Shown here: piece by piece, positions 63,212-64,000 of the stretch | Numbering within the stretch: the first letter of the stretch is position 1 | How the letters are laid out: each line of letters starts with the position of its first letter | Source: Sarea resinae | Taxonomy: Eukaryota | Assembly: GCA_026026165.1 (NCBI GenBank) | Contig: JAPEUD010000008.1 | Location: forward strand, 186,001-250,000 | DNA length: 64,000 nt | Direction of reading: 5' to 3' | Position numbers and translations under genes: made by a program | The notes under the pieces: generated by a model | What the model was told of the DNA's origin: nothing | Databases searched by the model: none | Seen by the model: the letters and a program-made list of their open reading frames with translations, nothing else

Positions 63212-63941
63212 AGACGAAGACAAAGACGATGACGATGACGAAGACGAAGATGTCTTCTGTATGAAACCATTCGTATCTCTAGAAAAGAAAAAAAGGAAAA
63301 CAAGGTTCTGTGAGAAAACAAATACGAGTTTCTGTTTCTGTTTCCGTCTCCGTTTCCGTTTCTTTGCTTTCCAAGGGACTAGAATCATTTATTCGATATC
63401 TATATTTCGTATCAGAATTCTTGAAAGAGAAGAAGAAAAGGGGAATTGTAGATCGGTAGTATAAAGGAAGAATCTTGAGTCTAGATTCTGCTATGCTACT
63501 TTGTTTAAATGAGAGAGGTCTACTACTAGGTAGTCGCAGGTGTACAGAAGGAGAAGATGACCTACCTCTCCTTTACAATGAACGAAATTGAGTATGAATT
63601 ATACATAGAGGCCACTGGACTTGGCTCTCTCTCTGTATTATTTTCGGCTTCTTCCTTGCGCAGGACGAAACGCCTGCGTGGGGTAAGGTATGGATACCAC
63701 ATGACACGGTACGATGCGATGCGACACATTACACGACACTCCGAGCGCCCACCCCGAAATGTTTCCCCCTGTGCCTAGTCCGTGAAATCGTAGAAAAGGA
63801 AAAAGACAAAGAAAAGGCCTCGTTGAACAACAAACGAAGGAGTACACCAACGCCGCGGAGTAAAAAAAGAAAAAAGAATCGACAGCCGTGCCCCCTTTAC
63901 ACCCCTTGGATCTCGTGCCTCACGAGTAACTTCTTCTTCTA

Positions 63942-64000
63942 CTACTTCTTCTTCACGACGACACCCTCGGAGCGCCTCAGGGCCTCGAGCGTCTTCTCGC
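63942..64000 (-). CDS. 3' end of an unidentified gene truncated by the window edge
   Basis: GC-ending codons give ...EKTLEALRRSEGVVVKKK followed by tandem TAG TAG. It is convergent with ECM15. Confidence 0.55.
   Translation of the reverse strand, partial: EKTLEALRRSEGVVVKKK

Noticed and set aside
1..64000. Transposons, RIP-degraded repeats, CRISPR arrays, snRNA/rRNA genes, stwintrons and TGA-CTA readthrough signals
   Set aside because: By eye I found no transposase/RT motifs, LTR/TIR pairs, AT-rich RIP blocks, spaced repeat arrays, U1/U2/U5/U6/5S signatures, split donors or TGACTA stops. A covariance-model search could still find small RNAs.

Overview
Intron-rich nuclear DNA from a filamentous ascomycete (Pezizomycotina-type GT..CTRAY..AG introns, mostly 45-70 nt). 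Manual splicing gives about 19 complete genes and the 3' end of one more. In order: APC amino-acid/amine permease, peroxisomal copper amine oxidase, two hypothetical proteins flanking CFT2/CPSF100, PgdA/PuuE-like deacetylase, NsdC/Usv1-type C2H2 factor, EI24-type membrane protein, Zn2Cys6 factor, secreted Ser/Thr mucin-like protein, GST, CysA-type serine O-acyltransferase, TPS2, a 5-exon COX7 gene missed by the ORF track, PPR-like mitochondrial protein, Frm2/Hbn1 nitroreductase, lipocalin-like protein, a second Zn2Cys6 factor and an Ecm15/thiamine-binding protein. I found no rRNA, tRNA, transposon or CRISPR. The best leads are: (1) frequent AAG 3' splice sites (5 of 6 introns in the amine oxidase); (2) recurring islands at gene 3' ends where microsatellites, GC-ending codons, long introns and homopolymeric peptides co-occur; (3) COX7 head-to-head with the PPR gene; (4) a repeated 22-bp motif in a convergent intergenic gap; (5) a PTS1-like -SRL end on TPS2. 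None is proven to be a new system. All gene models are hand-spliced and were not checked by alignment.
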